The notes beneath the pieces were generated by a model. That model made no database searches. It was not told where the DNA came from and saw only the letters and a list, made by a program, of their open reading frames with translations. Shown in pieces: positions 1 to 6,492 of a DNA stretch of 26,241 nucleotides. The stretch comes from a virus (lineage: Duplodnaviria; Caudoviricetes): positions 1 to 26,241 of IMG/VR virus record IMGVR_UViG_3300010362_000094; one strand, written 5' to 3'. Every line of letters begins with the position of its first letter. The stretch's first letter is position 1. The position numbers were made by a program, and so were the translations under genes.

Positions 1-130
1 CTACGGGATCCGGATGAAGAACTTCCGGATGGAGCAGATCGCCTCGGACCGGATCGAGGGCGAGATGACGTACGATATGCGGATCATCGCCAAGGACATG
101 GGCATCTTCATGGCTTCAGCGGTGGCCTGA
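1..130 (+). CDS. Major capsid protein, 3' end (partial)
   Basis: Frame from base 2 reads YGIRMKNFRMEQIASDRIEGEMTYDMRIIAKDMGIFMASAVA* (TGA 128-130). It resembles C-termini of HK97-fold actinophage capsid proteins and lies just upstream of the neck genes. Not in the ORF track because its start is outside the window. Confidence 0.8.
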   Translation, partial: YGIRMKNFRMEQIASDRIEGEMTYDMRIIAKDMGIFMASAVA

Positions 131-549
131 TGGAAGATGTGGAGGCCGCCTACGCGGCCGGGATCTTCGACGGTGAGGGCCATGTTGGCATCGTCGTCAC
201 GAAGAACGGCCGCGGGGACCTCTACCACCGTCTGATGATCGATGTCACCAACACCAACGTCGAGATCATCCAGTGGCTGTTCGAGCGGTGGGACGGGGTG
301 ATCCACAATCCGCGGTACTTCGCTCAGGACGAGTGGCGCACCGCTCACCGCTGGACTGTCTGTGACGGCCGGGCGATGAGGTTCCTGGAGGATGTCCTCC
401 CGTTCCTGATCATCAAGCAGGAGCAGGCGAAGCTGGCGATCGAGTTCCAGCAGACCAAGACCAAGGGCGGGTTCGGCGCTCCCAAGCCCGACCTCACATA
501 TCGCGATGAGGTCCGGAAGCAGATCTCGGATCTGAACCGGGGCCTCTGA
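130..549 (+). CDS. Free-standing single-motif LAGLIDADG homing endonuclease
   Basis: AYAAGIFDGEG motif near the N-terminus, followed by 'VTNTN..II.W' and 'FL..VLPFLIIK.EQA.LAIEF'. TGATG overlap with the capsid stop. Confidence 0.9.
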   Translation: MEDVEAAYAAGIFDGEGHVGIVVTKNGRGDLYHRLMIDVTNTNVEIIQWLFERWDGVIHNPRYFAQDEWRTAHRWTVCDGRAMRFLEDVLPFLIIKQEQAKLAIEFQQTKTKGGFGAPKPDLTYRDEVRKQISDLNRGL

Positions 550-560
550 CAGGAGGCCTC

Positions 561-1085
561 ATGCCCAGTCAGCTGTTGACCAACGACAAGATCTCGTTCG
601 TGGTGGCCAAGCCGTTCACCTCGCGGGGCAAGGACTACGCGGTCGGGGACGACTTCGACCAGGACGAGGCCCGGGACATCGAGACCTTCGTCCGGGCCCG
701 GTACGTAGTCCCGGTGGTGGAGGACATCGAGGACAAGAGGTTCGTCCGGCAGTGGCACCGGGAGATCAGGCCCAAGGACGAGGTGCTGGAGCGGCTGCTC
801 GGCGATCGGACCCAACTGGTCTGGCCGACCCCACCGGACTCGGAGGAGGTCGTGGCCCTGGAGACCCTCACCCATCCCGAGCAGGCCGTGGAGCCGGAGG
901 GGGCTGTCGACACCGGGGTGGGTGAGGACGAGCCCCCGGAGGAGAGCACCGAGGATCTCTACGATCCGGCCGACCACACCGTGATCGAGGTGCTGGCCTA
1001 CCTGGCCGAGCACCCGGAGGACCGGGACCGGGTGCTGGCGTCCGAGGAGGCTGGTCGCGGTCGCAAGGGAATCCTGGAGGCGTGA
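561..1085 (+). CDS. Acidic hypothetical virion-module protein with small C-terminal helical domain
   Basis: AGGAGG RBS at 551-556; GC3-biased codons; C-terminal YDPADHTVIEVLAYL...RVLASEEAGRGRKGIL; coupled to the next gene. Confidence 0.75.
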   Translation: MPSQLLTNDKISFVVAKPFTSRGKDYAVGDDFDQDEARDIETFVRARYVVPVVEDIEDKRFVRQWHREIRPKDEVLERLLGDRTQLVWPTPPDSEEVVALETLTHPEQAVEPEGAVDTGVGEDEPPEESTEDLYDPADHTVIEVLAYLAEHPEDRDRVLASEEAGRGRKGILEA

Positions 1086-1429
1086 TGCAGAGCGCGTTCG
1101 GCGTCGAGCACGGCTACGACGAGATCGAGAAGGCCTTCGGGCCAGGTCTCAGCGCGATCGGATCTGCCGTCGGCAGGGGCACCAAGAAGCTGGGGCAGCT
1201 GAGTCGCACCAGTAGCGCGGCTCAGATGCGAGTGGGCCGCAAGATGGGCGGACCGGTCGGACGACTGACTCAGCAGGGCGGTGCTCGCGGAGTGCGGTTG
1301 GGCGGCCAGATCCGTCGGCTGGGTGCTGGCATGCAGCAGCGTCCCGGGTTCACCGGCGCCGCCACGCTGACCGCCGGTGGAGCCGGTATCGCCGGTGGCA
1401 GTGCCTACATGAACCGGCGCAGGTACTGA
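1085..1429 (+). CDS. Small basic Gly/Arg-rich protein with SAFGxxHG leader (member 1); candidate internal virion protein
   Basis: ATG at 1085 in a TGATG overlap; leader MQSAFGVEHGYDEIEK; no acidic residue after the leader. Confidence 0.8.
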   Translation: MQSAFGVEHGYDEIEKAFGPGLSAIGSAVGRGTKKLGQLSRTSSAAQMRVGRKMGGPVGRLTQQGGARGVRLGGQIRRLGAGMQQRPGFTGAATLTAGGAGIAGGSAYMNRRRY

Positions 1430-1430
1430 G

Positions 1431-1700
1431 ATGCGCAGCGCCTTCGGCATCGATCATGGTGAGGTGAGCAAGGCCGCCTCGCCGCTGACCGGTCCGCAGA
1501 AGGTCAAGGGTGCCCTGAACCGGATCGGCACCGCTCATGTCTCGATCAAGGGGGTCGGCAGGGCCGCCGGTAGGACCACGCGGAAGACCGGGCAGTTCCT
1601 GGAGCGGAATCCAGGGGTGACCGGCACGGCGCTGGTGGGAGGTGGCGGCTACGCCGGCTACAAGTACCTGAGCGAGAAGGAACCGAGGAAGCGGAAGTGA
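1431..1700 (+). CDS. Small basic protein with SAFGxxHG leader (member 2)
   Basis: Leader MRSAFGIDHGEVSK; basic body; C-terminal PGVTG...GGGGYAGY resembles member 1; GTGA overlap with the next gene. Confidence 0.8.
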   Translation: MRSAFGIDHGEVSKAASPLTGPQKVKGALNRIGTAHVSIKGVGRAAGRTTRKTGQFLERNPGVTGTALVGGGGYAGYKYLSEKEPRKRK

Positions 1701-2203
1701 CCTACTCCTATGTGGCCCCCGGGGTCAGCGACAAGGACACCATCCGGTTCCTGATCCAGGACACCGACTCCCAGGGCGCCGGTGAGTGGCAGGTCACCGA
1801 CGAGGAGATCCAGTGGGCCTACGACACCTGGTTCCCGCTGTACCACACGCATGAGTACGTGGCCTCCACGATCGCTGATACCATCGCGGCGCGTTACGCA
1901 CGCGAGGCGTCGTACTCCGCCGATGGCGTGAGCGTCTCTCTCGGACCGGTGGGCGACCAGTACCGGATGCTGGCCGCCTCGCTCCGGGAACAGCACCGGA
2001 GCCTGCTCGTCGGGGGTAGCCCCGACGTGGGCGGCATCGCTCCCGACGAGCAGCTCGAACCCGGCACCAAGCCGTTCAGCTTCGGCAAGGGCATCCACGA
2101 CTACGTGGCCGCCGGGCCCCAGGAGTACGGCGGGGTGTACCCACCAGACCAGTCGGTGGTACCGGTCAACGTGCCCGACTACGAGAAGATCGTGGAGCCA
2201 TGA
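1697..2203 (+). CDS. Head-to-tail adaptor/connector
   Basis: N-terminal 'D.IRFLIQDTD......TDEEI.W' pattern typical of head-tail connectors; 'SYSADGVSVS....QY..LA..LR'; position after the capsid. Confidence 0.75.
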   Translation: MTYSYVAPGVSDKDTIRFLIQDTDSQGAGEWQVTDEEIQWAYDTWFPLYHTHEYVASTIADTIAARYAREASYSADGVSVSLGPVGDQYRMLAASLREQHRSLLVGGSPDVGGIAPDEQLEPGTKPFSFGKGIHDYVAAGPQEYGGVYPPDQSVVPVNVPDYEKIVEP

Positions 2204-2640
2204 CCCTGGACGAGCTGTTGGCGCTCCTCCCCGATAACGACACCGGGGAGATCAGTGCGGCCGACCTGCGCACCATCGTCACCGACCTGTACCACGCCGC
2301 TCATCTGTGGGGCACCCAGTACGCCTACCAGTGGAGCACCGACCAGACCCCGTCGAACGGGAAGGTCTCGAAGTCCAACGGCTGGGTCGAGGCCTCCGGG
2401 ATCCTGCACGTCGCCGAGACCTCCGATGAGGGGATGGCGTTCGGTGTGGCGTTCCTGGACAGTGGCCGGTGCGAGGCGATCATCCTGACCGCGCCCGGGA
2501 TCGCGATGCAGATGACGCCGACCGACGTGAGCGTGGACCAGGGCGGGTACCGGGACATCCCGGTGGACGTGGTGAAGGCCTCGCTGGTGGCTCCGTCCAA
2601 CAACGATCTGCTCTCGCTGACCGTGGTGGCCTCGGTATGA
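2200..2640 (+). CDS. Hypothetical structural-module protein
   Basis: ATGA overlaps at both ends; N-terminal LLALLPDNDTGEISAADLR; beta-rich remainder. Confidence 0.7.
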   Translation: MTLDELLALLPDNDTGEISAADLRTIVTDLYHAAHLWGTQYAYQWSTDQTPSNGKVSKSNGWVEASGILHVAETSDEGMAFGVAFLDSGRCEAIILTAPGIAMQMTPTDVSVDQGGYRDIPVDVVKASLVAPSNNDLLSLTVVASV

Positions 2641-3134
2641 GCTCGTTCTCCACCGACTTCTCCGGCGACTTCGGCGTCATCGAGATCCCACCCGAGCCGC
2701 CCGAGCCGAATCCGGCGTACGGACGCAGCCCGATCTCCGCCTACGCCAGGTCCTGGGTGCGAGCTCGGGCCACCGCGGTGATGGAGTACACCTGCCAGAT
2801 CACCCGGGGCTCCCGACCGGAGGGCTACGACGAGGACACCCTGACCTTCACCCCGGAGGGTCCCCGGGAGCTGGTCTACCAAGGGGTCTGCCGGATCTGG
2901 GAGGTGGCGAACACCAACTCGGTGGTGGTCGGGGACACCGATATCTACCAGCAGTCCACCAACCTGTCGATCCCCTGGGACTCCCCGGAGCTGGTCCGGC
3001 GCTACGACGAGGTGAAGATCCTGACCGCGCCCCAGGACTCCCAGATGGTGGGCAAGCGGTACGAGATCCAGACCGTGGCGAAGGCGGGAGAACTGCGGGC
3101 CACTCGAAGGTTCGAGGTCACCGGGGTGATGTGA
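2637..3134 (+). CDS. Head-to-tail stopper / head closure protein (DUF6093-like)
   Basis: True start ATG 2637 (ATGA overlap) inside track ORF 2469..3134; 'M..TC.ITR...YD......VY.G.CRI....LSIP....D.V.I....D..M.G..Y.I....ATRRF' pattern and synteny. Confidence 0.7.
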   Translation: MSSFSTDFSGDFGVIEIPPEPPEPNPAYGRSPISAYARSWVRARATAVMEYTCQITRGSRPEGYDEDTLTFTPEGPRELVYQGVCRIWEVANTNSVVVGDTDIYQQSTNLSIPWDSPELVRRYDEVKILTAPQDSQMVGKRYEIQTVAKAGELRATRRFEVTGVM

Positions 3135-3490
3135 TGCTGAGCGCATTCGGGATTGATCATGGGATCTCCAAGGGCCTGCCTCGATATCTGCGGGACATTG
3201 CTCCGGTGGTGGGGACCTCACCCTCCAGGACGTTCCGAGGTGGTGAGCCGATGTCCCGAGGCGACTACGGATACCTCCGGATCCGCGCGCACCAGTCAGG
3301 CAAGCAGGCCTCCCGGCTGCACTCGGAGTGGAACAAGAAGAAGCCGACCAGCATCACCGGCGTCGGCCAGTCCGAGGAGCGGTGGAAGGCCACCCGCGTG
3401 GCCGGGACTAAGGGCAAGCTCGCCCGGGAGGGCAGCCGGAAGGCGATAGCGGACAACACCCCGATCGTGCGCCCCAGGAAGAAGATCTAG
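3134..3490 (+). CDS. Small basic protein with SAFGxxHG leader (member 3)
   Basis: ATG 3134 in a TGATG overlap; leader MLSAFGIDHGISK; Lys/Arg-rich body not visibly related to members 1 and 2. Confidence 0.8.
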   Translation: MLSAFGIDHGISKGLPRYLRDIAPVVGTSPSRTFRGGEPMSRGDYGYLRIRAHQSGKQASRLHSEWNKKKPTSITGVGQSEERWKATRVAGTKGKLAREGSRKAIADNTPIVRPRKKI

Positions 3491-3945
3491 TGCCGGTCTA
3501 CTACGCCGATGTCACCAGGCTGTCTGACGCACTTCGGCAGACCGCCCAGCAGTCCGGGATCACCACCCAGCAGGTACTGGTCCAGAGTGCCAACCACATC
3601 CTGGCCGAGATGGAGGTCAGGGTTCCGGTGAAGACCGGGAGACTGCGTGGCTCGCTGCACATCCAGGTTGATCCGAACCGGGTGACGATCGGCCCGAACG
3701 AGGAGATCGCGCCGTACGCGGGGTACGTGGAGTACGGCACCAGGCCGCACGAGATCCGGCCCCGGCGACCGGACGGGGTGCTGGTGTTCATGGTCGGCAA
3801 CACCAAGGTGGTCACCAGGTTGGTCCGTCATCCGGGTACTAAGCCTCAGCCCTATGTGCAGCCGGCGTTCGAGGCATGGGTGGACAGTCTCGGGACGATG
3901 GCAGCAGAAGCCAACGTCAAGGTGCTGAAGGACAATGCCTCCTAG
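3490..3945 (+). CDS. HK97 gp10-like neck/tail-completion protein
   Basis: Motifs VPVKTGRLRGSL, YAGYVEYGT, HPGTKPQPYVQPA; GTG start overlapping the upstream TAG. Confidence 0.85.
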   Translation: MPVYYADVTRLSDALRQTAQQSGITTQQVLVQSANHILAEMEVRVPVKTGRLRGSLHIQVDPNRVTIGPNEEIAPYAGYVEYGTRPHEIRPRRPDGVLVFMVGNTKVVTRLVRHPGTKPQPYVQPAFEAWVDSLGTMAAEANVKVLKDNAS

Positions 3946-4402
3946 CTCGATCTCCCGAGGACCGATCACCAACCGGCTGCTGGACGAGCTGGCCACCGAG
4001 GGGTTCCCGGTCGGCGACAACTCCGCGCCGCGGGTCGCGTTCGGCTGGCAGGGTGAGCCGAACGAGCCTGGTGTCACCTTCGTGCCCTGGCTGTCGTTGT
4101 CCCCGGGGACCGCGATGCTGCAGACCCCACAGGCAATGGGTGACTCGCAGACCGAGTGGCGGCTCAGCTACCAGGTCTACTACTCCGGGTTGTCCCGGAA
4201 GCAGACCGAGGCGCTGGCCGACCGGATGAGGCTGAACCTGACCAACATCGCCCGGGAGTCGATCGAGACCCCGACCGGGAACTGGCGGATCCAGAAGACC
4301 ACCTGCACCTCGATCGGGAACACCAACCGGATCGGCTCCGCCTATCCGGACTACTTCACACAGGCAGACTCGTTTGAGGTCTGGGTAACGAAAGGGAGCT
4401 GA
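3935..4402 (+). CDS. Probable tail terminator protein
   Basis: 155 aa; between the gp10-like gene and tail tube; 'YQV...G.SR.Q.E.LADR.R' pattern. Call rests mainly on synteny. Confidence 0.65.
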   Translation: MPPSSISRGPITNRLLDELATEGFPVGDNSAPRVAFGWQGEPNEPGVTFVPWLSLSPGTAMLQTPQAMGDSQTEWRLSYQVYYSGLSRKQTEALADRMRLNLTNIARESIETPTGNWRIQKTTCTSIGNTNRIGSAYPDYFTQADSFEVWVTKGS

Positions 4403-4405
4403 GAG

Positions 4406-4600
4406 ATGGCCCGACCGAAGCTGGTCAAGATCACCAAGGATGGCCAGGAGGGCCAGGCCCTGGAGTCCGCGGTCGCCGCCTGGGAACGGCACGGCTGGAC
4501 GCGCGTGGATGAGTCGATACCAGCAGATGAACCGGAACCAACTCCGAAGAAGAGGGTATCGAAGAAGACATCTTCATCAATAGAATCTAAGAATGAGTGA
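4406..4600 (+). CDS. Small hypothetical protein
   Basis: AAGGGAG RBS; 'V.AWE.HGW..V' motif; 3' half has atypical A-rich codons. Confidence 0.7.
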   Translation: MARPKLVKITKDGQEGQALESAVAAWERHGWTRVDESIPADEPEPTPKKRVSKKTSSSIESKNE

Positions 4601-5111
4601 ATGCAAGGTTGATGGATGTCAACGAACCTGTCGAGCACGCGGCTGGTGTACGGCTCACTACAACAGATGGGTACGTACCGGTGATGTGGGATCGGTTGAG
4701 ATTCCACCGCGGGGACGGCAACTCGGCTGGCGCAAGTATGACTCCGAGATGTGCTCGGTGGAAGGATGCGAGCTTCCTCGGAAGGGGCGCATTTACTGCG
4801 CCAAGCACTACTCGCGCTGGTCGAAGTACGGATCGGTGGATCTCGGGACAGCAGAAGTTGAAGTACCCAGCTACTCCGGGATGCACAAGAGGCTCTGGCG
4901 AGCGCGAGGGAGGGCGAGCGAGCATCGCTGCGTCGACTGTGGTGATCCGGCCACCGACTGGTCCTATGACCACAATGATCCCCATGAGTACGACGATGAA
5001 GACGGTCCGTATTCGATCGATCCGGCTCATTACCTGCCCCGATGCCGGAGCTGTCACGGAAGGTTCGACAAGCGCACGTCTAGTGGACAGCGCCTGCATT
5101 CTGATAAGTAG
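4593..5111 (+). CDS. HNH-type homing endonuclease with two N-terminal C-x4-C-x9-C-x2-H zinc-finger repeats
   Basis: CKVDGC...WCTAHYNRW and CSVEGC...YCAKHYSRW repeats, then Y...H...CVDC...WSYDH...Y.PRCRSCH nuclease-like core. Lower GC and atypical codons relative to flanks. Confidence 0.8.
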   Translation: MSECKVDGCQRTCRARGWCTAHYNRWVRTGDVGSVEIPPRGRQLGWRKYDSEMCSVEGCELPRKGRIYCAKHYSRWSKYGSVDLGTAEVEVPSYSGMHKRLWRARGRASEHRCVDCGDPATDWSYDHNDPHEYDDEDGPYSIDPAHYLPRCRSCHGRFDKRTSSGQRLHSDK

Positions 5112-5159
5112 AGGCCGATCGAAGATGGCCACGGTGATCACGGAAGGTTGTGTATTAAG

Positions 5160-5639
5160 TTGGCTAGGATAATCCCCAATGAGAACACCTGGATCGGTTT
5201 CACCACGGCTGATGTTCCCGACCTGGCTGCGCCGACCGCGGCGGCGGTCGCTGCGGCGGTGAACCTGACCGGGCACTGCATCAGCCTGAACGCCTCGGCA
5301 CGCGGCAACACGGTGCCTACCCCGAGCTTCGACTCGCTGTTCGAGACCAGCACCGCGGGTACCTCGGCGGCCACCTTCGACGCGGACTTCTACCGTGACG
5401 ACGAGGACGACATCGCCTGGGAGACGCTGCCCCGTGGCACCCGGGGCACCTTCTTCATCGCCCGGTTCGGTGGTACCGGTACCGACAACCTGCCGGTCGC
5501 CGGGGACGACCTGGAGGTGTGGACGGTGATGGTCACCTCTCGGACGATGGCCAACATGAGCTCGAACACGGTGCTCACCTTCACCGCGTCCTGCTCGGTG
5601 AACGTGGAGCCGGCGGAGTCCGCGACCGTCGCTGCCTGA
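5160..5639 (+). CDS. Major tail (tube) protein
   Basis: Thr/Ala-rich about 159 aa, 'DLAAPT', 'FYRDD..D.AW.TL..G..G', directly before chaperone and tape measure. Start taken as TTG 5160 (MARIIPNE); TTG 5148 is the alternative. Confidence 0.85.
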   Translation: MARIIPNENTWIGFTTADVPDLAAPTAAAVAAAVNLTGHCISLNASARGNTVPTPSFDSLFETSTAGTSAATFDADFYRDDEDDIAWETLPRGTRGTFFIARFGGTGTDNLPVAGDDLEVWTVMVTSRTMANMSSNTVLTFTASCSVNVEPAESATVAA

Positions 5640-5700
5640 TCACAGCCTGGTGTGGGGATAGCATCGGATCGACTACATCCCTCCGGCCAGGAAGTGCACG

Positions 5701-6135
5701 ATGTCCAACACCACCGCCAAGAACGTCGAGGCGCGTCAGAAGCAGTCCCAGGCGTCCAAGCGCGCCACTCTCGACCAGCTGGTCAACAAGCCCAGGTCCA
5801 CCACCGAGTTCTCGCTCTACATCGCCAACGGGGACGGCGAGACAAACGAGGTGACCCTGAAGTACCAGGCGATCGGGATGCGCGCCTACGACCGGCTGGT
5901 GGCCAAGCATCCGCCGAAGCCGGACCAGCGGGCCGAGGGTGCCTCCTTCGACATGGACACCTTCGCCCCGGCGCTGATCAGCGCGTGTGCGGTGGAGCCG
6001 GAGATCTCGCTGGACCAGGCGAAGAGCATCTGGGACTCCGACGACTGGTCCCGGGGCGACGTGATGGTGCTGTTCCGGAACGCGGTGGAGCTGAACAACC
6101 GGGGGCTGGACATCCCTTTCAGCGAAAGAGGCTGA
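5701..6135 (+). CDS. Tail assembly chaperone (gpG equivalent)
   Basis: Between tail tube and tape measure; 'L.AKHPP..DQ......F..DTFAPALI.AC' pattern; slippery site near the 3' end. Confidence 0.85.
   Translation: MSNTTAKNVEARQKQSQASKRATLDQLVNKPRSTTEFSLYIANGDGETNEVTLKYQAIGMRAYDRLVAKHPPKPDQRAEGASFDMDTFAPALISACAVEPEISLDQAKSIWDSDDWSRGDVMVLFRNAVELNNRGLDIPFSERG
6114..6120 (+). other. -1 programmed ribosomal frameshift site C CCT TTC
   Basis: X XXY YYZ heptamer correctly phased in the chaperone frame (ATC CCT TTC); the -1 frame stays open to 6488. Confidence 0.75.
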
Positions 6136-6488
6136 GGAAGGACCCGAACTTCTTCCTGGAGATGTCCTACTGCTACGAGAAGGGCATCCCGCACTCCAAG
6201 TTCTTGAAGTGGGACGCCGAGGACCGAGCCAAGACCATGGCCTTCGCGATGGAGTCCTCGTTGCGCTGCAGCATGTGCGGCACCGCGCCCTGGGAGTGGG
6301 AGGAGAACAAGTTCGCGTTCACCGCGGTGGAGGAGTTCTGCCAGGGCTGCTACCAGAAGGCGATGTTCACCGACACGCAGGGCTCGTCACTCCCGGGCAC
6401 CAATGCCAAACTGGTCCCGACAACCCCACAGCTCACCGCCCAGCTCCGGCTGAAGGCGAAACGGCGGTCCAGGCTGAGGATGGAGTAG
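6114..6488 (+). CDS. Frameshift extension of tail chaperone (gpT equivalent), with CxxC...CxxC
   Basis: -1 frame reads PFQRKRLRKDPNFFLEMSYC...RCSMCGT..WEW...CQGC...RME*, ending 4 nt before the tape measure start. Confidence 0.8.
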   Translation, partial: PFQRKRLRKDPNFFLEMSYCYEKGIPHSKFLKWDAEDRAKTMAFAMESSLRCSMCGTAPWEWEENKFAFTAVEEFCQGCYQKAMFTDTQGSSLPGTNAKLVPTTPQLTAQLRLKAKRRSRLRME

Positions 6489-6492
6489 GGAT

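Noticed and set aside
130-549. Group I intron or intein around the LAGLIDADG ORF
   Set aside because: The capsid frame ends in a natural-looking C-terminus and stop. The ORF has its own ATG, no intein terminal residues, and only 11 nt of flanking non-coding sequence.
1085-1700. RiPP or bacteriocin precursor cluster
   Set aside because: No modifying enzyme, peptidase-containing transporter or immunity gene in the window, and the genes are coupled within the virion operon. It remains only a distant alternative.
1085-3172. SAFG repeats as a DNA operator or start-associated sequence
   Set aside because: Differences concentrate at synonymous positions and spacing varies by whole codons, indicating peptide-level conservation.
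4593-5160. Group I intron around the HNH ORF
   Set aside because: Only about 50 nt of non-coding flank, no recognisable P7 core, and both neighbours read as complete genes.
4597-5172. Alternative 191-aa + ORF and 229-aa - ORF over the HNH
   Set aside because: No motifs. The 4593 frame carries clear zinc-finger and nuclease motifs.
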